This document shows positions 1 through 13,369 of a stretch of 64,000 nt of DNA, piece by piece. The number at the start of each line of letters is the position of its first letter. Within the stretch, counting starts at the first letter, position 1. The translations under genes and the position numbers were made by a program. Origin of the DNA: the human T2T-CHM13v2.0 reference genome, Homo sapiens; the NCBI RefSeq assembly GCF_009914755.1, contig NC_060942.1; one strand, 5' to 3'. The notes under the pieces were generated by a model. That model saw only the letters and a program-made list of their open reading frames with translations. It made no database searches and was not told the DNA's origin.

Positions 1-313
1 GAAGTAAAGTGTGTTAATTTCTTTCAGGGTCTGCTGTCATGTGATGCTATACCAGAGTCAAGCTGGAATTTGGCATCTTAGTGCCAAAGGGTCTGTTTCA
101 TCCATGAAGGGATGTCTATTTTAATGTTAATGCTGGTAAGTTTTGCCTAAACTCCAAAAAAAGAAGGGGTATAATGAGGCATGTCTGACCTGTCTTCCTT
201 TCATGGCCTGGAATTCAGTTTTTTGGGTTTCTTTATGATTTGCTTGGCCCTGAAGGTGGTTCCATTCATTCGGTCTGTTAGAGGGCTTAGAGATTTTTTT
301 TTTTTGGTTTACA
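1..313 (-). mobile_element. MER4-group ERV1 LTR (MER4D/E-like), cut by window edge
   Basis: Ends in TTTTTGGTTTACA, the reverse complement of the MER4 LTR start TGTAAACCAAAAA; also has the GTATAATGAGGCATGTCTGACC and TTAATGTTAATGCTGG blocks of MER4 LTRs. Confidence 0.8.
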
Positions 314-939
314 CCTCAGACTCAATTCAAGTCAGCAAATACTTTTAGCACAAAGTATATGCCACACATTGTTTAAAGTGGCATAAAGAACAGATGGTAT
401 GCCTGGCATGGTCCTGATCTGGAAGGACCTAACCTCTTCCTGCCTCTTCCTGGAATCTGTCTCTGCTTTTCAAATGCCTGCCAGTCTCTGCCTCTCCCTT
501 CCACTCTATGTCCTGATTTCCTGTGTTCTCCTGTCACTTTCTCTTGTGTTCTCTGTCCTCTCTCTTTTGTTGTAAAATGGCATCAAAATCTTATAATAAA
601 AATCTATCTCCCATGTTTCTTGAATGACTCTCTACCAATCTCATTATGTTTGTTATAGATGAATATAATATGAGTGATTTTAAAAATATTATTTTATTAA
701 ATAAATTATGAAAAGTACACAGCAAGGCCTGGGATTGATATGCTCATTTTCAGCCTCAATATTAAATCTCTGGACTGCACAAATGATTACACATTGAACT
801 AAATGTATGGTTTTATCTTTTGTGCATATAAAGAAAAGTCTTTCATATTATACAATTTGTACCACTTTCTCTTTTTTTTGCACACACACTTCTCCAGCTC
901 CATTGCCAAACCTCAGCTGTCAATTCTGTTTAGTCCCAT

Positions 940-1547
940 TGATGAAAAGAACCAAATTCTAAAATATTTGAAGAGATTCATTCTGAACCATATAGGAGTG
1001 ACCATGGCCCATGACACAGCCCTCAGGAGATCTTGAGAACATGTGCTCAGGGTGGTTGGGGTGTGGCTTGGTTTTATACATTTTAGGGAGACATGAGACT
1101 TCAATCACACACATTTAAGAAGTACATTGGTTTGGTCAAGGAAGGTGAAGTGTGAGGAGGGTGGGGGGTTGGGTGGCGGTGGGGGTCCAGGTTATAGGTA
1201 GATTCAAAAATTTTCTGACTGGCTATTGGTTAAGTTCATATAAAGACCTGCGATCAATAGAAAGGAAATGTCTCAGTTAAGATAAGGAATTATGGAGGTC
1301 AAAGTTCTTATTATGAAGATGAAAGCTTCAGGCAGTAGGCTTTAGAGAGAATAGATTGTAAGTGTTTCTTATCAGACTTATGGTCTGTGTTGATGTTAAT
1401 GCTGGAGAGTATAATGAGGCAGGTCCGACCCCCACTCCCTGTCATGGCCTGAACCAGTTTCTCATGTTAAATTTTAAGAGTGCCCTGGCCTAGGAGGAAT
1501 TCTATTCAGATAACTAGGGAACCTTAGAATTTTATTTTTGGTTTATA
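940..1547 (-). mobile_element. MER4B-like solo ERV1 LTR, near full length
   Basis: ~610 bp from TGATGAAAAG to CTTAGAATTTTATTTTTGGTTTATA; MER4 motifs GACACAGCCCTCAGGAGATCTTGAGAACATGTG and TTTTATACATTTTAGGGAGACATGAGAC. Confidence 0.85.
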
Positions 1548-2863
1548 TTCCAAACTCAATTTTACTGAAAAAAAAAAGACATCAAATGATAAGGTCATTG
1601 TATTAACACTGAATAGGTCTAATTTCTTTCATTGCTGGTTTGTTGTGCCTGTGGAATAAGAAAGTGGGTCTGAGATTGTGTTTGGTGGTGCTGGTGTCAG
1701 GCCCTGGGCAGTGATGTCCCACCCGGGCCTGGAGACACTGAGCATCCCAGGGAGAGGGCGTAGGAGCGGCTTAACAGAGGTCCTGAGCAGAAGATGGGCT
1801 GGCGTCTGTGCTGAGGCATGGACACGGCCTCCTCTGGGTCAGACTTTGACAAAGATGCACTGAAATTAGCACAGCCCTTATGTGGGTCTTGGGAGGCCGA
1901 GGCTGTCTGATTGATGGATCAGCATGTCCCGGATGTAGCTGTTTGGACAGAGAAGACACTGCGTCCTGTCCACTGGCCTCCCAAGCGTCCTGGCAGGATT
2001 CTCATCTGGGTACCCTTCCAGATCTGGCTTCCCCCTACCTCACAGTTACTGAACCCCTTTCTTTTTTCCAAACTGACACTCTGCCAAACTCCAGGCTCTC
2101 CCAGAGCCATCATTTCATCTCTCTACACTCTGCACATGGGTATCTCTGCCTAGACTCCTTTGTAGAAAAGTGAATTTTCCCCAGAAGGTTTCATAATTTG
2201 AGATACATTAACAGAAAAAAAAGGCAGACAAATTTTATCATATGCATATACGTGCGCAGGAGTCATATAAAATGGACAGATGGTTGATGCTTTTATACCA
2301 TTTTGAGCATACAGAAATAATTGGGGGTTTGCAGCATGACCGAAAACAGGTATGTTGGCAAGACAGGTTAATGGGAATAAGCAAAGAGGAGGCATGGCTA
2401 GCAGAGGTGTTTTGGTTGTATGAAGACTCACAGGTAGGCAATCCTCAGAGAAAATAGTAAATGGATCTTTAAGACCATTAAAGGTGTCAGACTCACAGTT
2501 CATCTTTCCTAGGATCCCTGCAAGTGCCTCAGGGAAAGCCTGAATGCCTCCGCTGTTTACTTCACTTTAACTCCTCTACAGATGCAACTCCCCTCCACAA
2601 ATGACAGCTGTGCGGGACTCTTTCTGTCTGCAGGCCCTCTCATCAGCCAACTCAACATATTTGGCTTCCTTCACCTCTTTGACCTTTGGCTGCCTGTAGA
2701 ACATCTCCTAATTCTTGGAGGTCACTGTCTCATGAAACTCCCTCAGCATCCGAGGAGATGTGATCTGCAGCCACTCTGCGCCTCACTGTGCCTGCCAGCC
2801 CCCTCCCCTAACCCTCTCGCTCTGACCTCACCATCATCCATGTGTTCGTGTGCTTTGCTTTCT

Positions 2864-2986
2864 AATCTGTGAGGTCTTTGAGGGCAGGGTCTGTGTCCTT
2901 TTAGTGTCTGTGTCTTTAGCTCCCGTGTGGAGCCCAGCTCAGAGCAGGTGTTCTGATGCTGCCTGGCTGAGTGACTGAGTGAATGA
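2864..2986 (+). mobile_element. L2 3' end fragment
   Basis: CTGTGAGGTCTTTGAGGGCAGGGTCTGTGTC ... GAGTGAATGA resembles the L2 3' terminus. Confidence 0.55.
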
Positions 2987-3579
2987 GAGTGCTGGAGGGG
3001 CCAATGCTGGGAGAGAATTGCTGGATTCCAGGCCTCGGGACACAGCAGCTTCCAGGGCTCCTGAGGGCCCTCCCCTGTGGTATGGGAGGATGTGGAGCTG
3101 GCTTGCAAATATCCACAGGAATATTGCATTTCAATGACGTCCTTGATCCTGGGGAAAAGCTATCTATCCTGTTGTCAGGACTCACTGCCACTAGTCCTGC
3201 CACCATAGATGGACAATGGCCAAGAAGGGCTGGGTCTCTCTGGAAGGAGACAGGGAAGCTGTCGGAGGATGTGCTGTCTCTGAGTGCAGAGCCAGCCTTT
3301 GTCGTCTGATGGGACTTGACTGACAAAGTCTGCACCTGTCTTCTTTCTGCCAAAGCCATCAGGAGGGGCTGCATAGGAGGCAGTGGAGGGGTTTTGTCTG
3401 GGACACAGGACATCTGAGCCAACCTTTTCTGGGCTTCTGTCACCATGTCTGTAAATTGACAGGGCTGAACTCTGTGCTTGTTAAGGGTGTCCCTGTTTGA
3501 AGTTCCTGTGCTCCCCAGTGTCCTAGGTGGAGGGAAGAGTCCCAGTGTGGGGAAGGCAGTGACAATGAGGGTGATGTTT

Positions 3580-4000
3580 GTCGGACACTTGCAGCATACC
3601 TGACACTGCTGAACAGTCAATATTATTTAATCCTCACCACGATCTAATAAGGAAGGCGCTATTTGTTGTTGTTGTTAGACAGTGTCTTGCTCTGTGGCTC
3701 AGGCTGGAGTGCAGTGGTGTGATCTCATCTCACTACAACCTCCGCCTCCCGGATTCAAGTGATTCTTCCCCCTCAGCCTCCCAAATAGCTGGGGTTACAG
3801 GCGCGCACCACCATTCTAGCTATTTTTTTGTATTTTTAGTACAGATGGAGTTTCACCATGTTGGCCAGGCTGGTCTCAAACTCCTGGCCTCAGGTGATCC
3901 ACATGCTTGGCCTCCCAAAGTGCTGAGATTACAGGCATGAGTCACTGCGCCTGACTGGAAGGCACTATTTTTAATCACTATTTTACAGATGAATTCTCTT
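3580..4000 (-). mobile_element. MIR fragment split by an Alu
   Basis: ATTTAATCCTCACCAC before and ATTTTACAGATGAA after the Alu; boundaries approximate. Confidence 0.5.
3665..3956 (-). mobile_element. AluS (Sx/Sz-like) with target-site duplication
   Basis: Full dimeric Alu; TSD GGAAGGCGCTATTT (3651-3664) / GGAAGGCACTATTT (3957-3970); tail decayed to (GTT)n. Confidence 0.95.
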
Positions 4001-4322
4001 AATTTTGCAAAGTTATGTATATTATTCAAAGTTGTATTTCTAGAAGTGGTGGCTGGGTAGGATTTGTATTTCAGGGTTGTTAGACTGCAAAGCACACAAT
4101 ACTAGCATCTACTTTGTGGTTTCCAGCAGGTCAAGCAGTACCTGAGAGCACTGAGGAGCACCTGGACCCAGTAACTTCTCTAAATCTAGTGTGGGGGAAG
4201 ATGCGCCCCTGCCACGGAGCCATGTTCTATGGCAGGCAACCACTGGTCAATAAAAAAAAATCAGATGATGTCAAGTGTATATCTAATTGACATTAAAATA
4301 CACATTTGAAAATTTGGAAATC

Positions 4323-7097
4323 CTTTTTTAAATAAAATTTTTAAATTTCATTTTTAATATATTTAAGGAGTCTAAGTACAGGATTCTTCCATGCATATAT
4401 TGCAGAGTGGTGAATTCTAGGCCTACAGTGTACTCATCACCTGAACTGTAACCCAAAGGCTGTTTTTGTTCCTCACCCCTCTGCCACCCTCCCACCTTTT
4501 GTAGTCTCCGAAGTCTATTATTCCATCTGTATGTCTATGTGTACTCACTGTTCAGCTCCCACTCATACATGAGAACATGTGGCATTTGACTTTTCTCCTT
4601 CTGAATTACTTCACTGAGGATAATGGCCTCCAGTTTCATCTACGTTCCTAAAAAGACATAATTTTTCATTTTTTTATGGCTAAGTAGTGTTACATAATAT
4701 ATATGTGTGATACATATATATACACAATGTAAAAATATATATATATATATATAAAATTTCTTTATCCAGCCCTCCATTGATGGACATGTAGGTTGATTCC
4801 ACATTTTTGCTATTGGGAATAGCGCTTCCATAAACATACAAGAGCAAGTTTTTTTTTGATATAATAAATTATTTCCCTATGAGTGTATTCCCAATAGTGG
4901 GATTGCTGAATCAAATTGTGGTTCTATTTTTAGTTATTTGAGAAATCTCCATTCTCTTTTTCATAGAAGTTGTACTAATTTACATTCCCACCAACAGTGT
5001 ATAAGTGTTCTCTTTTCCCTGCATCCTAGCCAACATCTATTGTTTTTAGGCTTTTTAGTAATAGCCATTCTGATTGGTGTAAGATGGTATCTTATTGTGG
5101 TTTCCATTTGCATTTCTCTAATGATTAGTGATGTTCAGCATTCTTTCGTGTTTCTTGGCAACTTGTATGTCTTCCTTTGAAAAATGTCTGTTCATGTCCT
5201 TTCCCACTTTTTGGTGGGTTTGTTTTTTTATTCTCATTGAACTGTTTGAGTTTCTTTTAGATTCTGGATATTGGCCCTTTGACTGATAGTTTGCAAATAT
5301 TTTTTTCCATTCTGTAGGTTGTCTGTTTACTCCATCGATTATTTATTTTGCTGTGCAGAAGCTTTTTAGTTTAATTAAGTTTCATTTGTCTATTTTTGGT
5401 TTTGTTGCACTTGCTTTTGAGGACTTAGTCATACATTTTTTTTTGCCAAGGCCAACATCCAAAAGAGTTTTTCCTAGATTTTCTTCTAAGAGTTTTATGT
5501 TTTCAGGTTTTACCTTTAGGTCTTTAGTCCATCTTTAGTTGATTATTATATATGGTGAGAGGTAAGGGTACAGTCTCTCCCTTCTGCATAGGGCAATCCA
5601 ATTTTACCAGAACAATTGAGTGAATACAGTGTCTTTTCTCCAGTGTATATGTATTTTTGACTTTGTCAAAGATAATTTGATTGTATATATGTGGCATTAT
5701 TTCTGGGTTTGCTATTCTGTTTCATTGGTCTATGGGTCTATTTTTATACCATTACCATGTTGTCTTGGTTATTGCAGCTTTGGAATAGAATTTGAAGTCA
5801 GGTAATGTGATGCCTCCTCCTTTGTTCTTTGTGCACATGATTGCTTTGGATATTCAGGCTCTTTTGGTTTCATATGGCTTCAAGATTGTTTTTTCCAATT
5901 CTATGAAAAATGATGTTAGTAATTTAATAGGAATTAAATTGTACTTCTGGGTTGCTTTGGGCTGTATGGTCACTTTAACAATATTAATTCTTCCAATCCA
6001 TGAGCATGGGAAGTTTTTCCATTTGTTTGTGTGATCAATATTTCTTTCATCAGTGTTTTGTAATTCTCCTAATAGGGATATTTCACTTCTTTGCTTACAT
6101 TTATTTCTAGGTATTTTATGTTTAAAGATATTGTAAATGGGATTGCCTTCTCAATTCGGTCCTCTGCTAGACTGTTACTGGTATATACAAATTTTACTGA
6201 ATTATGTACATTAATTTTGTATTATGAAATGTTACAGAATTCATTTATCAAATCTAAGAGTTTATTGGTGGAGTCCTTTAGAGTTTTCTACATATAGATC
6301 ATATTATCAGTGAATAGGAATAACTTGGCTTCCTCTTTTCTAGTTTGAATGTCTTTTGATTTATTTTGTCTTATTCCTCTGGCAAGGACATTCAGTACTA
6401 TGTTGAGTAAGAGTGATCAAAGTGGGCATCCTTGTTTTGCTTCAGTTCTTAGAGGAAACGCTTTCAACTACTGCCTGTTAAGTAGGATGTTGGCTGTGGG
6501 TTTGTTGTATATGACCTTTATTATGATGAGCTGTATTCCTTCTATGCCTAGTTTTTTTGAGGATTTTTATCATGAAAGAATGCTGAATTTTATTGAAGTA
6601 TTTTTGTGTCTATTGAGATAATCATATAGTTTTTGTTCTTAATTCTGCTTATGTGATGCATCTTATTTATTGACTCATGTATGTTGGACTATCCTTGCAT
6701 CCCTGAGATAAATCCCACCTGATCATGGTGTATTATCTTTTTGATGTGCTCTTGGATTCAATATGCTAGTGTTTTTGTTGAGCATGTTGTGTCTGTGTTC
6801 ATCAGAGATATTGGTATGTAGTGTTCTTCTTTTGTTGTGTCCTTACCTAGTTTAAGTATCAGAGTGATACTGGCCTTGTAGAAAGAAGTAGGAAGAATTC
6901 TCTCCTCCTTGATTTTTTAGAACAATTTCAGAAAGATTGGTATTAGTTCTTCGTGTGTTTGGTATAATTAAGCTGTGAGCCCATCTGGCCCTGGGTTTCT
7001 ACTTCTTGGGAGATTTTTATTAGTGATTCCATAAAATTACTCATCATTGTTCTGTTTTGGATTTCTACTTGCCTGGTCTGATCTCAGGATGTTGTGT
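4323..7097 (-). mobile_element. 5'-truncated L1 (L1PB3/4-like): 3'UTR plus ORF2 C-terminal part, degenerate
   Basis: L1PB-type 3'UTR (GTGGTGAATTCTAGG...CAGCTCCCACTCATACATGAGAACATG), antisense ORF2 motifs (TGTGCAGAAGCTTTTTAGTTTAATT, AGTCAGGTAATGTGATGCCTCC); possible decayed TSD GAAAATTTGGAAATC / GAAAACTTAAAAATC. Confidence 0.9.
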
Positions 7098-8099
7098 GAA
7101 AACTTAAAAATCTACAATCCAAGCTTGTGTGATGCATGAAAGAAAAGCAAAATATTGAGCTGAGTGCTGGGAGTTTTGTGTACTGGTTTGTTTTTATTTT
7201 CTTCAGCTGTTATCCAAATGTTTGCAATTATGCAATTGCTGGGTTCAAGCTTCTGGGCTTACAGGTTTCCTGTCTGTGACTGACCCAGCATGAGATGAGC
7301 AGAGAAGGACCCATTTTATCAGTGCATTTTCTTGGCCACATTGCAGGCTCTTTTGGCAGAGGCCAGATTTCCTGCACATCCATGTGGAATCTGTGGCCCT
7401 TTAATGCACTATTTAGACTAAGTACCAATTGAAGCTTTCAGTGAGCTCAGTGCTGGCAGCCTACAGCCTTTTAGTTACCCAGGGTTAGCTATTAAATAAA
7501 GGATTGCTGCCGAAGTGCCATGCTGACAACCATTCACAGCGGCTGGCCAGTCCCTGTCCTGCCCAGCCATCTGTGCACCTAAGGGCCAGAGAACATGGAC
7601 AAGCTACCCAGAAGGAGGCTGGTTTGGGGAGAATTGTATCTACAGAAGAGGGAATTTTATGAATTTCCAATATCAGGCTGCAACTTCAGGGAATTATTTT
7701 TCTGGGTATTCAAATATATTAAGATAATTTATTATAACTTCATACTATATATGAACAATTCACACTCTCTTTTAGGATGTAATCTTCATCAGGACAGGAT
7801 CTGCGCTATTCAAGAGCAATATTTGACATCAGTTAGAGGCTTATTACGTGGCAAGCCCTTACAAAATGCCATATACATATACACACCTTCCCAAACCCTG
7901 AGAACTATTTGTATCAACATTTCATAGTTTTTAACAATGACTGTAAAGAAGTCATGGGCCTGTCTGGGGTCACTCTGATGGTAAGTGATGGGGTGAGGGT
8001 TTGTCCAAGGTCCCTTGGACCCCAGATCCTCTGGGATGTGTTTCCCATGTGGTTTACTCTCCCTCTCACAGTGTCCTGTTGGTAAAAGTAAAAATTAAC

Positions 8100-8330
8100 A
8101 TCTATACAGTGTTTACTATGAGTTGGATGCTGTCCTGTGTGTTTTGTATAAATTACCTTAATTAATCTTTACAAAAGTCTTAATGAGGAATGTGCTGTTA
8201 ATTTTGTTCCTGTTTTATAGATGAGAAAATTGAGGTATAAACGGGGTAATTTGTCCAAAGTACTGCAGCTTGTGTCAGAGACGGGAGTTGAGCCAGAAAA
8301 CCTAGTACCAGAGACCATCCTCATAACTTC
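8100..8330 (-). mobile_element. MIR
   Basis: Core TTTTATAGATGAGAAAATTGAGGTATAAACGGGGTAATTTGTCCAAAGTAC. Confidence 0.7.
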
Positions 8331-8739
8331 CCTGCTGTCACAGCTCTTCAAGGATGTTAAGAATGTCCATGATGCTGATATTTTAGCATAAAAACAGGTT
8401 GATTGGTCTGGAAATTCACATGGCAATTATTAACATTGATAATCTTTCTCTGTTCCTCCATGTTTATAAGCAGACTTGCCACACAGATTTAAATAAAGGT
8501 GCTTTGTTCCATGGCCTAGCTGATTTTAGATTCCTGAGTTATGAGTAAGTTACCTCTGGGAGGCTCACAGGCTTTGAGTATTGGAGTCTTTTGATTTGTG
8601 TGGGGATCCACTGCTTCTGCTACTGACTAGGTAGCCTGCTTTAACTGTTATTGAGCTTTATTGAGCTGAGGGTCAGATTTTTTCAAAGACCAGAGAGCTC
8701 TGGGAACAGGGCCCTTGCTCCTGGACAGTGAAGATAACT

Positions 8740-9300
8740 GATGGAAAGATTGTCTGTTAGACCAAATAGACAGCACTTTCAGAAATTCTGGAAGGGTATG
8801 ATGGCTGTTTGGGCAAGAATTGTGGTGGAGACAGAGAGAAACGCATAAATATAAGGATTGTTTAATAAGAACTTCATAATGAATTGAATTACGGGGTGAG
8901 GGGAAATGAGGAAGTAAGGGTGTTGAGTTTCTAGCTTTTGTTACTAGATGAAAGGTCATTTATTTTAATTTGTTAGGAAACAGTACAGAAAGTGGACTAG
9001 TTTCAGAATGAGAGAAGGAAGATCATAAACTCTATTGGGGGGTTGTCGTGTTTTAGGTCTCTTGAAACATCCAGGAAGATAAACCAAGGAGGCCATTGGA
9101 CACAGGGGTCTGAAGCTCAGAAGAGAGGTCTGGACGAGAGACAACATTAGTGTGTCATCCACATATGGTGGTGATAGGATCCACAGGCTTGTATGACATA
9201 CTCTAGGAAAAATGTTGAGTGAGAAGAAAAGCAGGCTTAGGATCCAGTTTTGAAGGGTCCCAAAATAGCATGGTCAGGTAGAGAAGAATGAGCCTACGAA
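8740..9300 (-). mobile_element. L2 fragment
   Basis: Antisense L2 motifs GAAACATCCAGGAAG...GGTCTGAAGCTCAGAAGAGAGGTCTGG; boundaries approximate. Confidence 0.6.
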
Positions 9301-10042
9301 GTAAATAGCAGCAGTGATCATCCCATTCCTGTCTCTAGGGGTCAGCTGATCTCCATGCTCCCCCCACTATTTCCATCAAGGTTAGCACTGAGTAGACATG
9401 GAATTAGGCAGTGAGCTGAGCCTCTTCAATTAGAATGAGGCAAGTAAGAGAGCAAACAGCAGCAGACAGGGGGCCTGATGTGAAAGAGGAGCCTTGGTAA
9501 TTTGTGTCTGAAGGTCACTAGACTATCCTACCAATGTGGTTGTTTTTTCTGTCCAGAAAAAGACACTGCACCTCTCTTCTCCTTCTAGAAAATGGTTCTT
9601 CCTCCACCACTCTAACAAGGTAGCTGGAGTAAAAATAGGCATATTCTGTTTGATTTGTTTCCACAGCAAGTCCTTGACCCAACCTAGGCCAGGTAGAGAC
9701 CTTCTGGGGTTATCTTATCTTTTAACATGAGCCTTATGAGGACCCATTGCTGTTCCCCTCAGGGCCTAGTATGAGGTGAGTGCCTAGGCATTGCCATGTA
9801 GACGCTGTCTGAGAGATGAAGGTCATTCTCCAAGGAGCAGAGAAAATGAGTATCGTCCTCATCAACCAAGCTACTGGGTCAAGTCACTCTTGAGACTCAA
9901 GGGTCAAGTCACTCCTGAGACTCAACTGTATTCCAAACTTTTGTGCAGATTGATTACTTACAATAAATGCTGTTTTTTATCTTAATACTCCTTGTGTTAG
10001 ATTTCAAGCACATATACTTCAAAATGTCCTGATACGTAGATA

Positions 10043-10339
10043 TAGTAGGCCCTCTGCATCCACAGCTTCTACATCCACAAGTCGAAAGTATTCAGAAAAG
10101 CAATAAAATATAACAATAAAAATTATTCGAATAAAAAACATGGTATAACAACTATTTACATAGCATTTGTGTTGTATTAGGTATTAGAAGTAGTCTAGAA
10201 ATGACTTAAAGTTTTTGGAAGAACGTGTGAAGGTTATCTGCAAACACTACACCATTTTATATTAGAAATCTAAGCATCTGTAGATTTTGGTATCTGGAGA
10301 TTCTTGGAATCAATGCCTATGGATACAGAAGAATGGCTG
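10043..10339 (-). mobile_element. MER2-like Tigger non-autonomous DNA transposon
   Basis: ACAACTATTTACATAGCATTT...GTATTAGGTATTA...GATTTTGGTATC motifs; decayed terminal inverted repeats flanked by TA. Confidence 0.85.
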
Positions 10340-11009
10340 TATGTGCTGAGTAAATGGTTATGCTCTTGGCTGATGGTGCTGCTGTGGGCCTCAGCCAACC
10401 CTGATGGTGATTGTAAAGTGCCTAAAGGGGGTGAGCACTGGTTCCCAGGAGGCCACCAACAGTTCTGGGCTGCAGGTATCCTCTCCAGGAAGTGTGATCT
10501 GCCCTGGGATGGGTGGCAGGAATCCCGTCAGGGAGGGGGCAGATGTGTGTAGTTCTCCTGTGAATGGCCACAGGTTATGTTTTGTGAATCTGCATCTGGG
10601 ATCTGGAGGTCCCATTGTCTCTTACCAAGTACTGAGCCTTGAGGAGGATACCACTTTACAGAATAGGCTGAGTTCTGTTGAATCATTGGAGTAAATTGCT
10701 CAAGTCACTCAAATGGAGGGAGAGAGGGAGATGCCTCCAGCTGGAAGAAGAGCAGATTCACAGCCAGGGGCTTCTCTCTAACCCTGTATTCCCCACTAGG
10801 AGCTGTACCATGCACACTGGGAAGCAGAAAATGACAGAGAGAGTGTATGTGTGTGGTGGGTGGGGGAGGTTGTGATATAAAAGCAGAGTGATCTAGAACA
10901 AAACTTCTTACTAAATTAATTTTTCTATTAATTATCTGAGCTTGCTGCAAACTGAGTTATGCAAATGCAGTTGATCTAATCAATATGTAATGTGAAGGCC
11001 AACAAGAAT

Positions 11010-11230
11010 GATAGCTAACATGCATTTTATTGCCAACCCTGGGTGTTACTTGACCCTGGCTCCTATTTCCTTAATGTTCTTAATGATCCTGCAAAGTGAG
11101 CACTGTCATTCCCACTTGGTAGTTGGAAACACAGGCTCAGAGGAGCCAGTGACTTGGCTAAAGTCCCCACAGGAAAGAGGCAGAACCAGGACTTACTTAA
11201 ATGTCGGTCATCAGTCTCTAAATCCAGAAA
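11010..11230 (-). mobile_element. MIR
   Basis: GGAAACACAGGCTCAGAGGAGCCAGTGACTTGGCTAAAGTCCCCACAG core. Confidence 0.6.
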
Positions 11231-11419
11231 TTCAACTGTTTCCACGCTGGCCACCAACTCAGCCGGGGGCTGCTCTGAGCTGAGAGACACACAGAGGATA
11301 TGAGGTGACCATGTGAAGCCAGCCACCTCTCTGCCAGCTGACACTCTGTCCTCAGGCTTCAGCTGGACTCCCTCCCCCTGGCTGCGTCCTCCGGCCCCAG
11401 TACCTACTGCAGGCTATCA

Positions 11420-11720
11420 TGCATGTCATTCTCCGTCTTCTGTGCAGCTATTTCTTCTATTTTTCCCTTTTCTCTAACTGAAATACTTGTGTTTTTGGTC
11501 TTTCTCTCTCCCTGCTTTCCCACAATTTCCCCAACATGCACAGAAACTTCTTAATTGTTCTCTTTCCTTTCTCATTGCCTTTCTCTCTTTTCCCCACTGT
11601 GTGTTCCCTCTGTTATCATTTTCCTGTACCCTCACCTTCCTCTTCCATCTTTCCCTTCCTGTCTATCTGCGCTTCTCTTTCTCTGTGTCCTCAGTCCCAG
11701 GTTTCACCCTTCCCTGCCTG
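11420..11720. repeat. CT-rich low-complexity tract
   Basis: Strong pyrimidine bias on the + strand. Confidence 0.7.
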
Positions 11721-13003
11721 CAGACACGGGGTCTGGCCATGCAATCACCCTGGACACCAGCCATTTAGGCAGGTCCTCAAGGAGTCACCAGACTGTCCTG
11801 GTTGGTAAATCAGGTGGGGGAGAAAAGGGAGAGGGATTTATTCAGAGTCAAGTTTGAGCAGTTTCACACATCAGAATCCCTCAGTGCTTTGGCCCAGGCC
11901 TGCTGTACACCCTGAACAGCAGGCGTACACATGTGGGGCCATGTAACTAATGTTCCTCAGGGATGAGACCTGGCACAGCATGAGTGTGCTCAGGGCCTGC
12001 TCTTCACAGTTCTGCCAAGGCTCCTGCCAGTACACTTGTAAGCAAAAGAAAAGCTGATCCTGTTTAGGAACTCCTGGCCCATCTGGGCTCAGATTTATTG
12101 GTGTTTATTTGGAACAATTGCATGATCACCTTCTTCTCCCCCAGGGCGATGAGCAAGGTGTTCTTGTAAAAAGAAAGCCAGATGTTCTTCTTTGGCTAAT
12201 TTTGCTGGGGAAGTCTCCAAGGAATGAGGTGGGAATTGAAGACACGTCTTATCTGAAGAACTAGAAAACTTCTAATCCCTGGCACCTGTAAGAAAGCCCA
12301 GCAAGAAGAAAGCGGGGTGTGGATGAGAAGGGTAGGGGAAGGACTCCCGTACTCAGGCATGGCATAAAGATGAGACAGCAATCACTTGACAAGGCTGGTT
12401 TACTTTAGTTCCCTTCCCCAGACTTTATTATTTCTTGCCTGGAAGACTCAGCAGTTTTGTTTTTCCTCCTACTAGCCCTTAGATATATGATAATTCTCCT
12501 GAGACATGCTCAGGTATTCTCCTGAGGCATAAGCTTGTAAGGGTTGCTGCACCCCTTGGAACTGGGATGTCAGCAATACATCTATTTAGATTTTGGTTTA
12601 ATTTTAAAATCTTTACTCTGCCAGAAATATTAGTAATAGCAGTAAAATTAATGTAGGAGCTTATTAATATCTTATAGGACATGAAAACCTTTTCTTATGC
12701 CCCACAGAAGAATAGGCATAAGAGTGAATTCAAAGCTGTTAGGACAGGCTCCCCGACTCCAGGCACAGAAGGCCAAATAGGCCCTCCCCATGAGATATCC
12801 CAATATCCAGGCTCTAGGGATGTATGTCTTCCTGAGGCCACTGGAAGTCACAATGAAGGCACCCAGGGAATGCAGTGGAGGACAACATCAGGCCCCTCAT
12901 CAAGAAAAAAACTGTAAATATACAGGAACTGGGAACCAAGATTTATCAATGCAGTGAAGACTATGGTCTCATGATTGCTTGAAAGTAAACAACCTATTAT
13001 TTA

Positions 13004-13369
13004 TTTCCTAAGGTCTGAATGTTTGTGACCCATTCAAAATTCCTAATTTGAAACCCAACCCCCTAGTGCGATAGTGTTGGGAGGTGGGGCCTTTATGAGG
13101 TAGCTAAGTCATGAGGACAGAGCTATCATGTGTGGGTTAATGTTGTTATGAAAAGAGCTCACAGAAGTAAGTGCTCACAGAAATTAGTTCACTGACTTGC
13201 CATTCCAGCTTCTGCCATGTGATGACACAGCAAGAAAGCCCTCACCGGATGCTGATACTTTGATCTTGGACTTCCCAGCCTCCAGAACTGTGAGAGAACA
13301 ACCTTGTGTTTATTAGAAATTACTCGGTTCCAGGTATCCTGTGAGAGCTGCATAAAATGCACTAGGTCA
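13004..13369 (+). mobile_element. ERVL-MaLR solo LTR (MSTD/MLT1A-like)
   Basis: GGGAGGTGGGGCCTTT and TTGATCTTGGACTTCCCAGCCTCCAGAACTGTGAGA motifs; ~365 bp. Confidence 0.85.

Noticed and set aside
1-1547. Two same-orientation MER4 LTRs as the ends of one provirus
   Set aside because: They differ in subfamily-level sequence and the ~630-bp spacer shows no retroviral internal sequence; independent solo LTRs are more likely
2916-3620. 234-aa minus-strand ORF
   Set aside because: No recognisable domain, non-ATG start, overlaps L2/MIR remnants; consistent with chance
4640-6621. ORFs within the L1 (also 46717-48159 and Alu-derived ORFs)
   Set aside because: Short fragments or antisense frames of decayed retrotransposons; no intact ORF1 or ORF2
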